DNA of 64,000 nt from Lama glama (GCA_028534125.1 CM052817.1:40674001-40738000); one strand, 5' to 3'; counted from the stretch's first letter, positions 20,560 to 34,255 are shown. Made by a program: numbers and translations. Notes: a model not told the origin generated them from the sequence alone.

Positions 20560-23100
20560 GAATTCAGTAATTTGGAAAACAGGCAAAAAGTCATCCATAT
20601 TCTCATAAATAAACATATCCACTATTAGCATTTGTGTGTATTTTATTCCAGATCTTTTTTCCCCCAAGGATAATGAGCCTGTTTCCAGGTTATTATTATA
20701 ATCTTTGCAACCATCATTTCAACTATTTTTTTTTGTTCAGAATGGAAGTATTATCCTATCTTTTTTTCTCATTATAACAGGGAAGAAATAACAGATTCAA
20801 ACCTTTAGAAAATTAAGTTCAGAATGAAAATTCTTTATAATTTCTCTTCCCAGAGGTAACGTGTTTAACAGTTTTATCTATCATTTGAAATACCTACTTA
20901 TTATTCCATTCAATAGGTTTACTTACCTAAGTAATTTACTTAGATTTTTCTCTATTATTGGATATTTAAGATTTTTCTTCCAATTTTTGCTATAAATAAT
21001 ACTCTAATGAATCTTTCCTGTGATTTTATTTTGTATTTCTTTAATTTCTGTTGGAACATTTCTCCATGTTTGTTTATCAGTTGTATTTTCTTTTGTGGAT
21101 TGTCTGTTTTATTAAGTTATGACAATCACAGGGTTCCCCTTGGTGTATATGATGAACACTATAAGTTGTAACAGAAATAATAATTTGTCTACTATATAAG
21201 CTAAATTGTTCTCAGTTTATATCTTTTAATTTTGATTTTTTTTTAAACTTGGGGAAGTTTCCAAGTTTTAGGTAGTAAGGCTATTGATCTTTTGTTTCTC
21301 CTATTACTTTTGAGCTTGGTAATTCCTTCTCCCTCTAGAGGTTTTATAGATTTTCGGTGCTGTGAGTTTAACTACGTAACTTTTTGATCCATCTAGAGTT
21401 TATTTTAGTTATGGCAAGAAAGGCAGTTCTCTATTGGTTTGTTTTTCAAATTCTTATCTCATTTTTCTCAACATCATTTATTAAATAATTCTTCCCCTCT
21501 CTGATGGTTTTTGATGGCTCCAATATCATACTCTAAGTTTTTTAGATACCCCAAATTGGTACCCAAATTAGACAAGGTCTAATAATGAGTTATTTATTTG
21601 AATCTAGGCATGTATGCCTTTAATTTATTTACTTATATATTACATGACTTTAACTACCTTAATTCTGCAGTTGATTCAGGACATATTTATTGAGAGCTTA
21701 CATGTATCAAGCTCAGTAACTTACTAATAACATCTCTTTTATACATTTTTATTTGGTATTCTTACCTGCTTAACTCTTTCAGATGAATTTTAGAATATTT
21801 GACATCTTTTCCACAATCCTGTTGGAATTTTGAACGCAAATATAAATTTTGGAAGTTTTGACATTTTTATCATATTATTTTCATTATTTAAATCTTATTT
21901 TATAAATAAAGATGTGTCTTTTTTCATGGTATGCATATTTCTCATGGAAATTTTCCCTTTAAAATTTTTGTTATTTTTATAGTAAATAAAATATATTTTT
22001 AATTTATATCATCTAACTGGACTACTATATAGGAATACTGCTGATTTAAAGAAGTGCTTATATTATATCTGGCCATTTTTCTAAACTCTTTTCTTAGTTC
22101 TACTAGTTTCTAGAATTCTCTATTTGGATATCGAATAATAATTATTTTTATTGTTTCCTTTGCAGCATTCATAACTTATTTTTTTCATGTAAATAGTATA
22201 TGAAATATAAGTAATAGAAAATGTCATTGTTTCATCTTAATTTTAATATTATGCCTGTAGAGTTTCTTTAGTGTGAGACTGGTTGTTGGTTTGATATAAA
22301 AAATAGCTCCTATTTATTTGGTGCATGTCATGTCTCAGGCACTGTGTTATGTGTACATGAAGTTAATAGTGGTGTTATTTGACCCTGGGTCTGTTTAATT
22401 TCACAGTTTTTCCTCTTCTTTGTCCTACTTTAAGGCTATTCACAAAATCAGGAATGGAGTTTAATTTCATCAAATACCTTTTTGGCATCTGGGGAATTTT
22501 ACCTGCTGATATAATGATATTATTTAAAAATGATATAAATATACATCAAATGAATGTATATTTGATCCTTTGTATAAATTGATATACTTCCTTATTCAAA
22601 AAAAGATTTCAGTAACTTCCGAGTATTCATATATCAGAATAAAAAAAAAGATGAGCAGTTGGGGCAAATGATTAAATGGAGAATTATCTAATGGATTTTC
22701 TTGTTTGGCTTTATGTTATAGCATATTTTATTAATAAATTTCTCACCACTGAGCCATTCTTACTTTCCTTGGTTAATTTGGTTACCGTAGATGATATTTT
22801 ATTGAATTATATCTGCTAATACTTTATTTATAATTTCACTCTTAGATTCTTACGTGAAAAATTTCTAAACTCTCTTTTCTTCTTCCCTTTCTTCCCTCCT
22901 GTTCCTTTCCTCTTTTCCTTAAAAATGTTTTTGTACTATCTTTGTAAGGTTTTGATATTAGGGCTAAATTTGCATTTCTGGAATTAATTAGGTTGTTTTC
23001 CATTTCTTCTTCATGTTCTGGACCTGGGTCTACTTATTTAATATTACACTCTCTATTCCTAAAACTTGGAGACACTTTGCTTGTAAAAGAATGTGAGCTA
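20560..23100 (-). mobile_element. Highly decayed antisense L1M region
   Basis: T-rich, with L1 ORF2-region motifs (gatccatctagagtttattttag, gaattttagaat, ttgttttcatcttaattttaat). Confidence 0.5.
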
Positions 23101-23494
23101 AGAATACAAGCATTCTGGTAAATAAGACAAGAAAAAGTGTGGGAAGGTAGTATTTATATTTTTACTCCTTGCAAATACTTGTCTTTATAGGTTAATTCCT
23201 CTTCTAATAAGAATAGTAGCAAAGACCTCTGTACTTTTGAGATTCGTCCATGTTTTAAATTGGCATTTTCCTGCTGCAGTCATTACATTTGCTGCTCCAT
23301 CAGTTCAGACTTGATGATCTGTTGACATTAGTGGTCCCTGAAAAGCTTCTTGATGGTTTATTATTATGTTTCTGTTCTGCCCAGGTGACAGGCCCACTTC
23401 CTTTCTTCTTTGTTGTCATTGTGTTAAGAGCATTTCATTTTACTGACCCTCGGGGTTCCCCAGAGGGGACGATGTCTTTCTCCTTTGAGAGAAA

Positions 23495-23700
23495 GCATGG
23501 TGCAGTCCTGAGAATGAGGCTTCTTTGAAGAAACTAGACTGATTATTAACTGTTGACTTTTCTAAGTCATATTTTTCTCATCTGTAAAGTGGGAACAGTG
23601 ATAAAACTTAAGCCATTGGTTTTATGAGAAAAGGCTTTTAAAACACTGAGCATACATTCTGGCACCCTGTAACGCTTCAGTGGTAGGTCTTCTTACTTGA
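23495..23700 (+). mobile_element. MIR
   Basis: tttctcatctgtaaagtggg core. Confidence 0.6.
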
Positions 23701-23784
23701 TGCTTCTAATTTATTGCCTCTTTTTCAATTACACCAACAGTGTCAAAATGTATTTAGACATGTAAAAAATCTTAACTTTTTTAC

Positions 23785-25850
23785 TTAAAAAATTAACTTT
23801 ATTGAAGTGTATAATAAAATGCTTCTATAAGTTTTGACAAATGACAAATTCTATCAAAATATAGAACATTTCCATCCCCTCAATTGGATTCCATGTGCCC
23901 CTTCCCAATCACTCCCCATCTTCCAGCTCCAGTTCTAGGCAACCACTGATCTGCTTTCTATCATTATAGATTAATTTTGTCTTTCATAGAGTTTCACGAG
24001 AATGGAATTATGCAGTAGGCACTGTTTTGCATTCTTTTTTTCCCTCCCAACACAGTGTAGTGTTCTAAAAGATTCAACTACATTGTTGCATGGAGCAATT
24101 TTTTGAAAAGTTGCAGTTGGGCTGTTTTTAGTTTTTGTCTGTTGTGCTGCTATAAACATCCATGTAACAATTTTTTAAAATGGACATGTTTTCTTTTGAA
24201 GAGATACTTGGGGGAGGAATATTCCTGAGTCACATGGTAAATGTATGTTGAACTTTCTAAAAAAATTGTCAAACAGTTTATCAAAGTTGCTATATCATTT
24301 TACATTTCCACCAGTAATATCTGAGAGTTCCAGTTGCTCCACATCCTGACTAAAATTTAATGTTGTCAATCTTTTTAATCTAGCCATTTGAGTAGGGAAG
24401 TAGTGCTATCTCACTGTAATTTTAACTCATATTTTCTTTATGAATAAAGATGTGGAGCATCTTTACTTATGCTTTTTGGCATTCCAGGCATCTCCTTTTA
24501 TGAAATTTCTGTCAAATATTTTGCCTATTTTAACTGGGTTATTTGTCTTCTTTTTTGTTGAGTTATAAGAGTTCTTATAAATTCTGAGTACTGGTTCTGT
24601 GTGTCAGGTAGATACGGGTACTTTGGATATTTTCTTCAAGAAGTTTTATAGTTTGGTTTTTATGTTTAGGCTTATAATTGTTTTTAAATTAATTTTTGTG
24701 GCTAGTGAAATAGGGATCAAGGTTCATTTTTTCCTATGTGAATATCCAGTAGTTCTATTATTGTTTTTTACTGAAGATATAGATTGACCATATATGAATG
24801 GGTGTTGTTTAAATTCTGTTCCATTGAATTTTAGGTCTCTTTTTATGCCCAAACCACTCTGTTTTGATTACTATACCATTATATTAAGTCTTTAAATCGG
24901 GTAGTGTGGGTTCTTTGTTTTTCTTTTTCAAAATTGTTTTGGCTATTGTAGGTTCTTTACATTTCTGTATACATTTTAGAATCAGCCTGTCAATTTCTAC
25001 AGTAAATTCTTCTGGGATTTTGTTTGATATTATGAAAAATCTCTAGACTAATTTGGTCTAGAATTGACATTTTATCAATATTGAGTCTTCTGACCATGAT
25101 ATAGGTTATATGATTTCATTTATTTAGATATTTATTTTGTCTCAGCAATGGTTAATTGTTTTCAGTTTAGGGTCTTGAACACATTTCAAAAATTGTCCTA
25201 AGTATTTAATATTTTTTGATTCTATTATAAATGGTCTTGTTTTTTAACTTCAGTTTTAATTGCTTATTTCTAGGATATAGAAATTCAATTGATTTTTTGA
25301 GTATTGCCCTTGTGTCCTGCTACCTTCCTAAATTCACTTATTATGTCTAGTGGCTTTTGTCCAGATTCCTCAAGAATTTCTGTGTATATAAGCATATCAT
25401 GTCTACTAATAAAGACAATTTTATTTTTTTTCCCAATCTGTGTGTATTTTATTTCCTTTTTTAACCTATTGCATTGGCTTGGACTTCTAGCAAAATGTGT
25501 AACAAGAGTGGTGAGAGAAGGAATCCTTGTTTCCGATTTTAGGGAAAAAATATTCAATCTTTCACCATTAACTATGTTGTAACTGTAGATTTTTCATGTC
25601 ATCAGTTGAAGAAGTTCCATTCTGTTCCTAGTTTGCTAAGAGTTGTTAATATGAATGGATTTAGATTTTTATCGAATGCTTCTCTGCATTTTGTGAGACA
25701 ATCATATTGTATATATCCTTTTTCTGTTAATATTGTGAATTATACTGATTGGTCTTCTAATGTTAGACCTTTCATTTCTGGGACAAACTCCACTTGATCT
25801 TGGCTCTTTACTCTTTTTACATATTGTCCAATTTAATTTTGCCTGTGAGA
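23785..25850 (-). mobile_element. L1MC/MD-type element, about 2 kb
   Basis: ggcaaccactgatctgctttc...; ORF 25285-25557(-) DMLIYTEILEESGQKPLDIISEFRKVAGHKGNTQK is a decayed L1 ORF2p RT region. Confidence 0.85.
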
Positions 25851-27062
25851 CTAATTATTTCATAAAAGTGGGTGCAGATCACATAGGATTTTATGTAGCA
25901 TTAATTGTGTTAAAAGAGTTAATGAGATGCAAAGTATAAGGTAGAGCAGATGTTTCTCTAAAACCAAAGGTAAGATTGTAGCCATCAAGGACAATGGGTG
26001 ATGTATTTTATTGTCATAGTATTAACTGACACTAAACCAAATATTTTTGTTTTATAGAGAAGATTTAAGAAATATAGGAAAATTTATGGCAGATATAATC
26101 TCATAAGAATTTTTCTTCCCTAATTTTTTGTTGAAGTTGTCAGTTTTTTTTTTCCTGCTAGTGAGCTACAGAAAGCTTTACAAATGGACTTCCATTATTC
26201 TACCTGCCTTGAGAGCTGACAAATGCAATAGTCTAGCTGTTTTACCTAGGCTCTGCAATCCAATATAAAGGCCTTTCTTCCCAATAGAATTAAGTAATGT
26301 AAACAAAAAAGGGCTTGGGGGAACGGAAATGTGCAGAGTAAACTCCTTAGGAGTAAATCAGTTTTGAGTGATGATCCAAGGGTTATGCTTGCGATGCTTC
26401 TGAGGATTATTCTGCATTGCATTATCTGAGGCTATAACTGTAAAATGATCTTTAAGATTGCCATTAGATTTGTCACAGTGGAATCCCGCTCTGATAAAGG
26501 ATAAAGTTCTAACTGGAACCTCCAAGGCAAATGTGTTGGGAGCACTTAAAATATATAGAGTAAAACAATCCCTTAAGTTGACACTGAAGTGTGCGCAACT
26601 TTTTTTTTTTAATACTATAGTTCTTTCCCAAGGACCTCTAGATCCTTCTAGTGCCCCATGTTGTGTTCACTTACAGAAAAGGATTACCATTTCAAGTATT
26701 AATCTGGAAAGCATCTTGCAATTAAAAAATACCTTTATGTCAGAGACTTAGGAGTCCTGCTCTGGTTTAAGGACTTCTTGAAGGCAAGGTCTGCATGCCA
26801 CTCAGTGAATGGTACATTGGAGGGGCTCAACAAATGTTTGTTTCAAGAATGTATTGACATTTCAATGAAAGAATGTGTTTGCTAATTTGACCAGGAGTTG
26901 TAATGTCAGGAATACCTGTATCCATAACTGTAGATACAGTCCAGTTCCTGGGTTATAGGTTTTTAATATCTGAGGAACATCAACTCAGGAGAACATTAGG
27001 TGAATGAAGACAAGAGGGGTTTGATGCCATAGGTTTAACCTTATCAGGAAGTCCCCATAGGT

Positions 27063-27420
27063 CAGTGGTTCTCAAAGTGTGGTCTGTGTTCTTAAACCAG
27101 CAGCGTCATTACTTGAAAACTTAGAAATGCAAATTCTCCTGGACCCCACTGAATCGGAAACTCTGGAAGAGGGGCCCAATCACTGGTGTTTCACAAGGCC
27201 TCCCGCTGAGTCTGATACCTTGTGCGGGTTATAAGGAGTGGGTTCTCAACCATGGCTATAAAGACAGGCTCATCTGAGGGGCATCTTAAAATGTACTGAT
27301 GACTGGACCCTACCCTACGTCAATTAAATCGGAATTTTGAGAGTTGGGGCTGGGGCATTAGTGTTTGTTAAATATTCCCTGAGTGAATTTAATATTCAGT
27401 CAGGGATGCGAACTACTGAC
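27063..27420. mobile_element. Two adjacent MER5-family hAT-Charlie MITEs
   Basis: cagtggttctcaaagtgtggtc...agaaatgcaaattctc...ctgaatcggaaactctgg; then gggttctcaaccatggct...cagtcagggatgcgaactactg. Confidence 0.75.
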
Positions 27421-27899
27421 ATAGGCCCTAGTTTTGTTTTGTTGTTTGGTTTTGTTTTGCTTTTGGTGTTTGATTTTTACTTTTTCATTAAAGAAAAAAC
27501 TTACCTACAAAAAAGTAGATAAATTATACGTGTGGCTTGATTAATTATCACAAGGTGAACATACCTGTGTGACCAACACCTGGGCCAAGGCCTAGACCAT
27601 TGTCTGCACCTCTGCAGTCCCTTGACCCCTCCTGATCACCACGCTCTTTCACATCCTCTCACAAAGCACTATTCCAACTCCTCACACTATCAATTAGTTT
27701 TATAGAACTTTTTTTTTTTAAGTATGGTCGGTATCACTGACCTCAGAATCATCTGACATTCTTGTTAAAATAAAGATTTCTGTCCTGTAGCTCCCCCTCC
27801 CCCAACTTCTGAGTCAAAATATTTAAGGATGGGAGTGTGAATTTTTAACAAATGCTACATTTTTGTCTTTTGTGCTCAAATTTGAGAAGGGTTAAAACA

Positions 27900-28150
27900 A
27901 TTATTGCAGCTGTTGATCGGGAATCTTCTGTGTGCCCTACCTATTCTAAGTGTTCTTCACATATTCATCTTGTTAAATCCTTACATCAGCACTCTGAGGT
28001 AGATCCTGACATCATTCTCATTTTTTTTAGATAATTAAACTGAAAATCACTGTGTTAACTGTCTTGCCCAAGGTTATACAGCTGGTGAGAACTAGACTCA
28101 CTAGACTCCGTCTCCAGCCTGCATGCATTACCACTGTCTTATTCTGTTTC
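27900..28150 (-). mobile_element. MIR
   Basis: ttagataattaaactgaaa...tcttgcccaaggttatacagctggtgag. Confidence 0.65.
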
Positions 28151-28684
28151 TAGTAGGCAAAGTAGGTGAAAAAGGCAGATGCATAACACTGTCCTATCTC
28201 CAATCTTTTTTAAAAAATTGATATGGCATTAGGACACATTCCAAATTTCTCTGAGGACCGCCCTTATTTACTCTAATTTCTTCTGGTGTTCTTTCATTTT
28301 TCATACGTTTTTTAATTTTACCATTAAGAAGAAGTCATTTGAGAAAATAAAGTATTGTTAAAATTTTAGTGACTTGATGTACTACTCCTCTAACTGGTCT
28401 CTTAAAACAATGAATCTAGTGAAAAAAAAAAAAGAAATTTGAATAGAAGAATTTCAGGCAATAGTAAATGGGTCATTTTGGGTGGAAATTGATACCTTTT
28501 GGGGCTTGGAGTCACATTAAGAATTGTGCAGACTGTTTCTCGTGGGTAAGTGATTGTACTGTGTACCTGTGTACCTCCTGGTCTGTTTGGTGAGAATGTC
28601 TACTAGGTAGGACTGCATTCTCGTCAATACTGAAATTTATAAAGCAACACAACAGTTGAAACTCTCAGTTTCATCTTTTGAGAT

Positions 28685-28884
28685 CAGGGGTTGGCAAATT
28701 TTTGACCCTGGGGCCAGATGTAGTCTTTGAGCTATGGATGATTTATACAGTTTTTAATGCAAAATTTAAAAAGACTATTATCCTTTCTACTAGAACAATT
28801 GCCTAAGAATTGAGGATATTGCTTCTTGGTTCATAAAGCCTAAAAATGTTTACTGTCTGGACCTTTATAGCAAGTTTACTGACC
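28685..28884 (+). mobile_element. MER58-like hAT-Charlie MITE
   Basis: caggggttggcaaa...tttactgtctggacctttatagcaagtttactgacc. Confidence 0.7.
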
Positions 28885-29959
28885 AAGTTTGGGAGGTAAT
28901 TCTAACATTGCAGTTTTTGCCGAAGAAAAGTAGTGTACTCATATCTGTTTATAACATGTAAACGTTATGTAATTAAGATGTGTTTGTTGGATGGATATCA
29001 TTGTGTTTGTGGTGTGTGTGTGCATGTATGCAAGTGTGCATATATGTATGTGTAAGCCACAGGCCTGGGGTCCCCTGCTTCGTTGCGTTTGAGTGTAACC
29101 CAATGTAGCAGCCCCGAGGCCTTGATCATGGCCCAGCCTGCTTGCGTTTAGCTGCCCTCAGGAAGTTAGGAGTTTGGTTAGCTTCTTCCCATGCACACCT
29201 GTGTTTTCAAGGGCCTGCTGATTTCCTTCCTAAGAAATCAGTAAGCATTTGATAACTGTTTTTATGGAACGCAGCCCAAGATTGGATTGTCGTCTCTCAG
29301 ACAAGCTTGGAGCCTGTTGGGAGAAGTGACCTCTCCATACCTGCTTTTCTAAACTCCCCACGGTACTGCCTGCCTTCCCAGAGTCAGACATTGGTCTCTA
29401 AGTGCTTTGCATTATTTCATTTAACCCTCCTATCTTCTCTGCGAGGTGTTATTAGCTTCTTTTTACAGATGAAGAGATGTGAGACACACAGACTTTTTTT
29501 CAGGCTCTGGCTCCTTAAAGTAAGATGCAGGGGTGAGGGACCCAAACAGGTATGGCCAACAACACGGAGGAAATCCCCACACTGAATAATAAGCCAAGAG
29601 AGCATTATTATCCAAACACCAAATTCATCTATAAAGAGGAAATCTATTTTTTTCTGGAATATACAAGCAAATTAAAAAACATCCTTTATGCACAGCCTGG
29701 TTTCTGAACAGATGTGCGCCTTACTGCTCAGTTTTCAACTTGCAGGCCATGGCAACAGGCCAGCTCTGTATGTAGGTGGAATAGGAAACCACCCAAATGC
29801 CTGAATTCTCTACAGCAACAACATGGGATTGAGAAATTTGAGGCAAGGGGCTTTCTTCCATTGCCCAGTCCTTTCTGGTTACTCACTGATGCTTGAAATA
29901 TATTTAACAAGGGACAAGGGCTTTGAATCACTAATTGGAGAAACACTTCTTTGTAGCCA

Positions 29960-30112
29960 TGCCCCAAGGCTCTCATATTGTTCTGTATGTTTTAATCCTG
30001 GTACTTACCATACTGTATAGACCAGGATTGTGAGTTATATTTCTTTATTCCCCGCATCTGGCACAGTGTCAGGCTAAAATAAACTGATTACTAAATATTT
30101 GTTGAGTGAATG
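29960..30112 (+). mobile_element. L2 3' end
   Basis: gcatctggcacagtgtcagg...aaatatttgttgagtgaat. Confidence 0.6.
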
Positions 30113-30199
30113 GAAGTTACACTTATACTTAAGTTTAAATGACTAATGTCAGAACCTTTTCTGACAGCTGTTTTTTTGTATGGTCCTTGATTTAAAAAA

Positions 30200-30308
30200 A
30201 TTATTTTTTTTTTTACTTTTTTTAATGGAGGTACTAGAGATTGGACCCAGGACCTCATACGTGCCAAGGCTGTGCTCTACCACTGGGCTATAGCCATCCC
30301 CGACCCCC
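30200..30308 (-). mobile_element. tRNA-Ala-derived camelid SINE (vic-1-like)
   Basis: ttaatggaggtactagagattggacccaggacctc...ctctaccactgggctatagcc. Confidence 0.8.
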
Positions 30309-30754
30309 ATAGCTGGTTTTGAAAGGGTCTTGGTGAGGAAAGGGCTTCAGGAGAGGAGGAAAGAACCAGAAGGAGGAGGCTGAGAAGACTAAAGCAAATT
30401 TCATCACTTTCACAGTTTTCCTTGCAGCCAACCCTAACTGGGCTGGCTGAGAATGGAGCTGCCTGAGCGACATGGGAAAAAACTTGCACACCCGTCCTTG
30501 TGCAAAATGAAAACCGATGGGTCCAAGCCACTATGAGTGTTTCCTCTTGTGCCCAAAGTGCATGGCCTGCTACCTAGAACCATAATCCTAGGCTAATAGG
30601 GAAGCCCTCCTGAATTTTAGCATAGTACTTTTTTTTAAACTTTTGAAAAATTGCATAATACTTGTTTTTGTGTGTTGGCAGAGTTTTTTTTTTCTCTTCT
30701 GTGACATGGTTTTAGGGTTCGATGTTAGTGGTTATTCACATCACTAACTTAATC

Positions 30755-31167
30755 TGTAGTTACCAGGGAGCCAGTTGTGGGGTTCCTAGCAGGCTGGAAT
30801 TAGTGACCTGTCCAAAGCTAACCAGAAGTGCTGGACCAGAAATGCCCAGAAATTCATTGGTCCAGGGAGCATCTCTCAACCAATGGCTAAAGGAAGTTTA
30901 GGGACAAATCCCCAACCCTCTTGCCTCTCTGGTGGGATGGCCTGGGGATATGTGCTTTATGCTGGCTCCCAGTTTCCCCATGGGATTAAGCTCCTGTCAC
31001 CTGCAGTGGTAGGTAGCTTGCTATCACAGCTTTATTGCTTTCCTTCCCTTCTCACTCTCATTCCCCAGTCACCTGTTGGAGACAGTGCTTCCCGCGCCTC
31101 CTGAAGAAACATCTTGCACTTGAATGGTTGCTGTAGGGTCTGCTTCTGGGGAACCCAAATGAAGATA
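30755..31167 (+). mobile_element. LTR16-like (ERVL) solo LTR
   Basis: gacaaatccccaaccctcttgcc...atgggattaagctcc...gggtctgcttctggggaacccaaa. Confidence 0.7.
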
Positions 31168-31958
31168 ATGGATTTTGCTCATTCTAGAGTGGACACTAGT
31201 ATCTTGTGGTCATCACTTTACTGGATTTGTTTTGCTCTGGGCAAAGGTTGGGAGGAGTGCAGAGTGGAAAGTCAGGGATGAGGCTGTATGGATTTCTGTT
31301 ACTCGATTTCCCTGCCTCACTGTGGACTGTGAACCCATCAGTTTGAGAGGGCTGAGAGTTATTCTCGTCTACTAGTAATTGCGTCATTCAGGAAAATCTC
31401 TGCTTCAAATAGAGTCCTTTATGACCAGCCTGTTCATCAATGTTTGCAAAGCTGAAGTCAGTGGCCTTCCTCGGGGGCACCTCCTCAGAAAAGCCCGATG
31501 AGAAAAGCCATTTAGCTTCCATTTCAATCAGGTCCAAATACCCCTTTGCCCCTGTCCTCATGCACTCCATTTTTCTCACTGGAGCCATGTTGAAACACAT
31601 CAGCACATGGCAGAGCATTTAGGGGAGATGTAAGGGGTGATGCTGTTCTGCTCGGTGCAATGTGTCACCCTGAGCTGCACAGCTTGGGCAGCACGCAACG
31701 TGATAAGACAGCACTGTCGGAGTATTATGAACGTGTCAGGATGATGAATTCACTATAACAATATCACCATCCGCAGCACATGCAATGCACTATATCTCAA
31801 TCTGTCATTTCCATGGTCATGCATTGTGTGGAATCAGGCTTTTTTTTTTTTTTTTTGAGTGATGTTTGTAATGGTGGTGAGAAAGGCAGAAGTAGATAAT
31901 GATTTTGGATAGTCTTGTTTGAGTTAACTGTTGTTGCCAGGAGACAAGGGACTGTGCG

Positions 31959-31969
31959 GTGTGTGTGTG

Positions 31970-32007
<38 letters not shown>
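31959..32007. repeat. Compound (GT)n(GA)n microsatellite
   Basis: Directly visible. Confidence 0.95.
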
Positions 32008-32610
32008 TATGAAACTGGGAAAAGGTGAAAAGGGATGGAAGCAAGATTATTATTAAAGCATTTAAGTCCTGGGGTAAAAATGTTTATTAGGCCATTTAGG
32101 AAACTTATGCAATATATGAATTTACCTTGTACTCCCTTTCCTGGGTCAGCTTGCTTCAGCATAGGGTGGAAAATTGGAAGTTTTTATTTGCAGTCCCTAT
32201 TGGGTTATCAACTTGGAAAATGATCTTTAGCATCTCATGCTTTTCTCCATTGCTTTGAACTCTGCCATGATGCCCCCACTCACCCTGTGGCCGCTGATCA
32301 CTTCCGGGAACTCTCAGATTCATCTCCTTGGTAGACCGCTGCTTCTCTGTAGAGGGACAAGCAGAGAGTTTGATATTGACAAGGCATCCTTCTCATCTCC
32401 TGCTAGACTTCCTTCTTCTCCACTCTGTTACTGACCCCTCACACAGGGCTGTATGAGCCATATTTGATTTTCTGTGCTGAAAAGTTGTGGGACAGTTAAA
32501 GGAAATTAAAAGGTAGGAGTTGAAAATTTAAATCTGTTTGATAAATATAACTTTTTAGAGCTTCTAAGGGGAAAACATGCAAGAAATTAAATCCTTCACA
32601 GGAGAGTGCC

Positions 32611-32945
32611 TGTAGTAAGCTGAATAATAGCCACACAAATATATCAGATCCTAATCCCTGGAACCTGTAAATGTTACCTTATAAAGAAGAAGTCTTTGCA
32701 GATACGATGAGATTAAGGATCTTGACACAAGGAGATGATCCTGGATTATCCAGGTGGACCTTAAATTTGGTCACAAGTGTCCTTATAAGAGAGAGGCCAA
32801 AGGAGATTATATACTTACAGGAGAAGGTAATGTGAAGATGGAGGCAGAGATTGGAGAGATGTGGCCTTGAGCAGAGGAATATTAACAGCCACCAAAAGCT
32901 GGAAGAGGCAAGGAAATTGATAGAATCCTTTTATGGGCACACCCC
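32611..32945 (+). mobile_element. MLT1D-like LTR
   Basis: tgtagtaagctgaataat...cctaatccctggaacctgtaaatgttacctta...cctggattatccaggtgg...aagctggaagaggcaaggaa. Confidence 0.8.
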
Positions 32946-33341
32946 TGTCTTCAGAATTATTCCTGTTTCTTATAGTTCTTTCTAACTTCCCTCCCTGTGA
33001 GAATCTCCAAATATTCTTTGGCAAACCTTGCACATATCTGTAGGGCTTGATTTCATCCTAGGAACCATTCCTCTTCCCTCTTTCCTCTAGGAGTTTTTTT
33101 CCCAAGTCTGAGTGCTTGGTCCTGAAGTAATGGTACCTACCCCACCAGGGGAGATGCGATGGTAGATCTGAACACAATAGAACTGTCTAGATGGAGTTGG
33201 GCATTTTGGTAATCCAGGTCTCACACTGTGGTCTGAGTGGACAGGGGTTCTCCCTTTTGTGTCCTCATCAAGATCTTAAAACAGTATGAGTTGTTACTCC
33301 TACTTCTTCTCCCAAGTTCACACACATACTTCTTTTTTGGG

Positions 33342-33710
33342 CAAAAAACAGAATCCATAGAAACAGAGTAGATTGATAGCTGCCAGGGGCAGGGCTGGGC
33401 TGGGAGAAATGGGAGAAGATGGTCAAAGGGTATAGACTTCCAGTTACAATATGAATAAGTTCTGGGAATCTAATGTACAGCATAGTGGCTACAGTTAACA
33501 ATACTGTATTGGGTACTTAAAGTTGCTGAGTAGATTTTAAAAGTTCTCATCACGCCCACAAAAAAAGGTAACTATGTGAGGTGTTAACTAATCTTATTGT
33601 GGCAATTATTTTTCAATATATGTATGTCAGATTATCATGTTGTATATCTTAAGCTTATAAAATGTTGTATTGTCAGTTACATCTCAGTAAAGCTGGGGAG
33701 AAAAAAGAAA
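33342..33710 (+). mobile_element. L1MA-type 3' end (sense)
   Basis: agaaacagagtagattg...ggtcaaagggtatagacttccagttacaatatgaataagttctggg...ctcagtaaagctgggg. Confidence 0.85.
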
Positions 33711-33773
33711 TGTCTTCTTTCAGTTCATGGCTTACTTTTTCACTTTATTTTTTGACATATAGGGTTTAAAATT

Positions 33774-33982
33774 GAAAAAAATTCTTATTTCTTATTTAAG
33801 CGCAGTCAATTTACAATGTTAGTTTCAGGCATACAGCAAAGCGATTCAGTTATGCACACGTATACATATATTTTCAGCGTCTTTTCCATTACGGCTCATT
33901 ACAAGAAATTGAATATAGTTCCCTGTGCTATACAGTAGGTCCATGGTGTTTATTTTATATACAGTAATGTGTATCTGTTAAT
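33774..33982 (-). mobile_element. Young L1 3' end
   Basis: gtcaatttacaatgttagtttcaggcatacagcaaag.... Probable TSD tagggtttaaaatt 33760-33773 / taggttttcaaatt 33983-33996. Confidence 0.8.
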
Positions 33983-34255
33983 TAGGTTTTCAAATTTTAA
34001 TGTAATAGAGTTTATTAATCTTTTTCTTTATAGTTTTGCATTTTTCTGTCTTATTTAAGAAATCCTTTCCTAACCTCAGTCACAATAACATACTACTACA
34101 TTTCCCTGCAGAAATTTTAGATTTTTTTTCATGTTTACATCTTTTAATCCGTGTGGTTTTTAGTTTTTGTATACAATATGAAGTAGGGATCTAAATTATA
34201 TATATATTTCCATTTGAAATCATTGTTTACATATTGTTTAATTTAATTATAATAC

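Noticed and set aside
23366..23528. Good splice-acceptor-like site (tgtttctgttctgcccag) within a 79-aa ORF
   Set aside because: No matching donor; the frame runs into a MIR; peptide not recognisable
28450..28552. Strong donor-like TGG/GTAAGT near 28546
   Set aside because: The upstream acceptor lacks a pyrimidine tract; no supported exon
30164..30200. Possible 3' transduction by the SINE (extra sequence between the tail and a putative TSD acagctgttttt / atagctggtttt)
   Set aside because: The TSD is short and imperfect, and a T-run on the SINE strand would terminate Pol III before the extra sequence
31741..31810. Box C motif ATGATGA suggesting a second snoRNA
   Set aside because: No downstream CTGA box D at a suitable distance and no terminal stem
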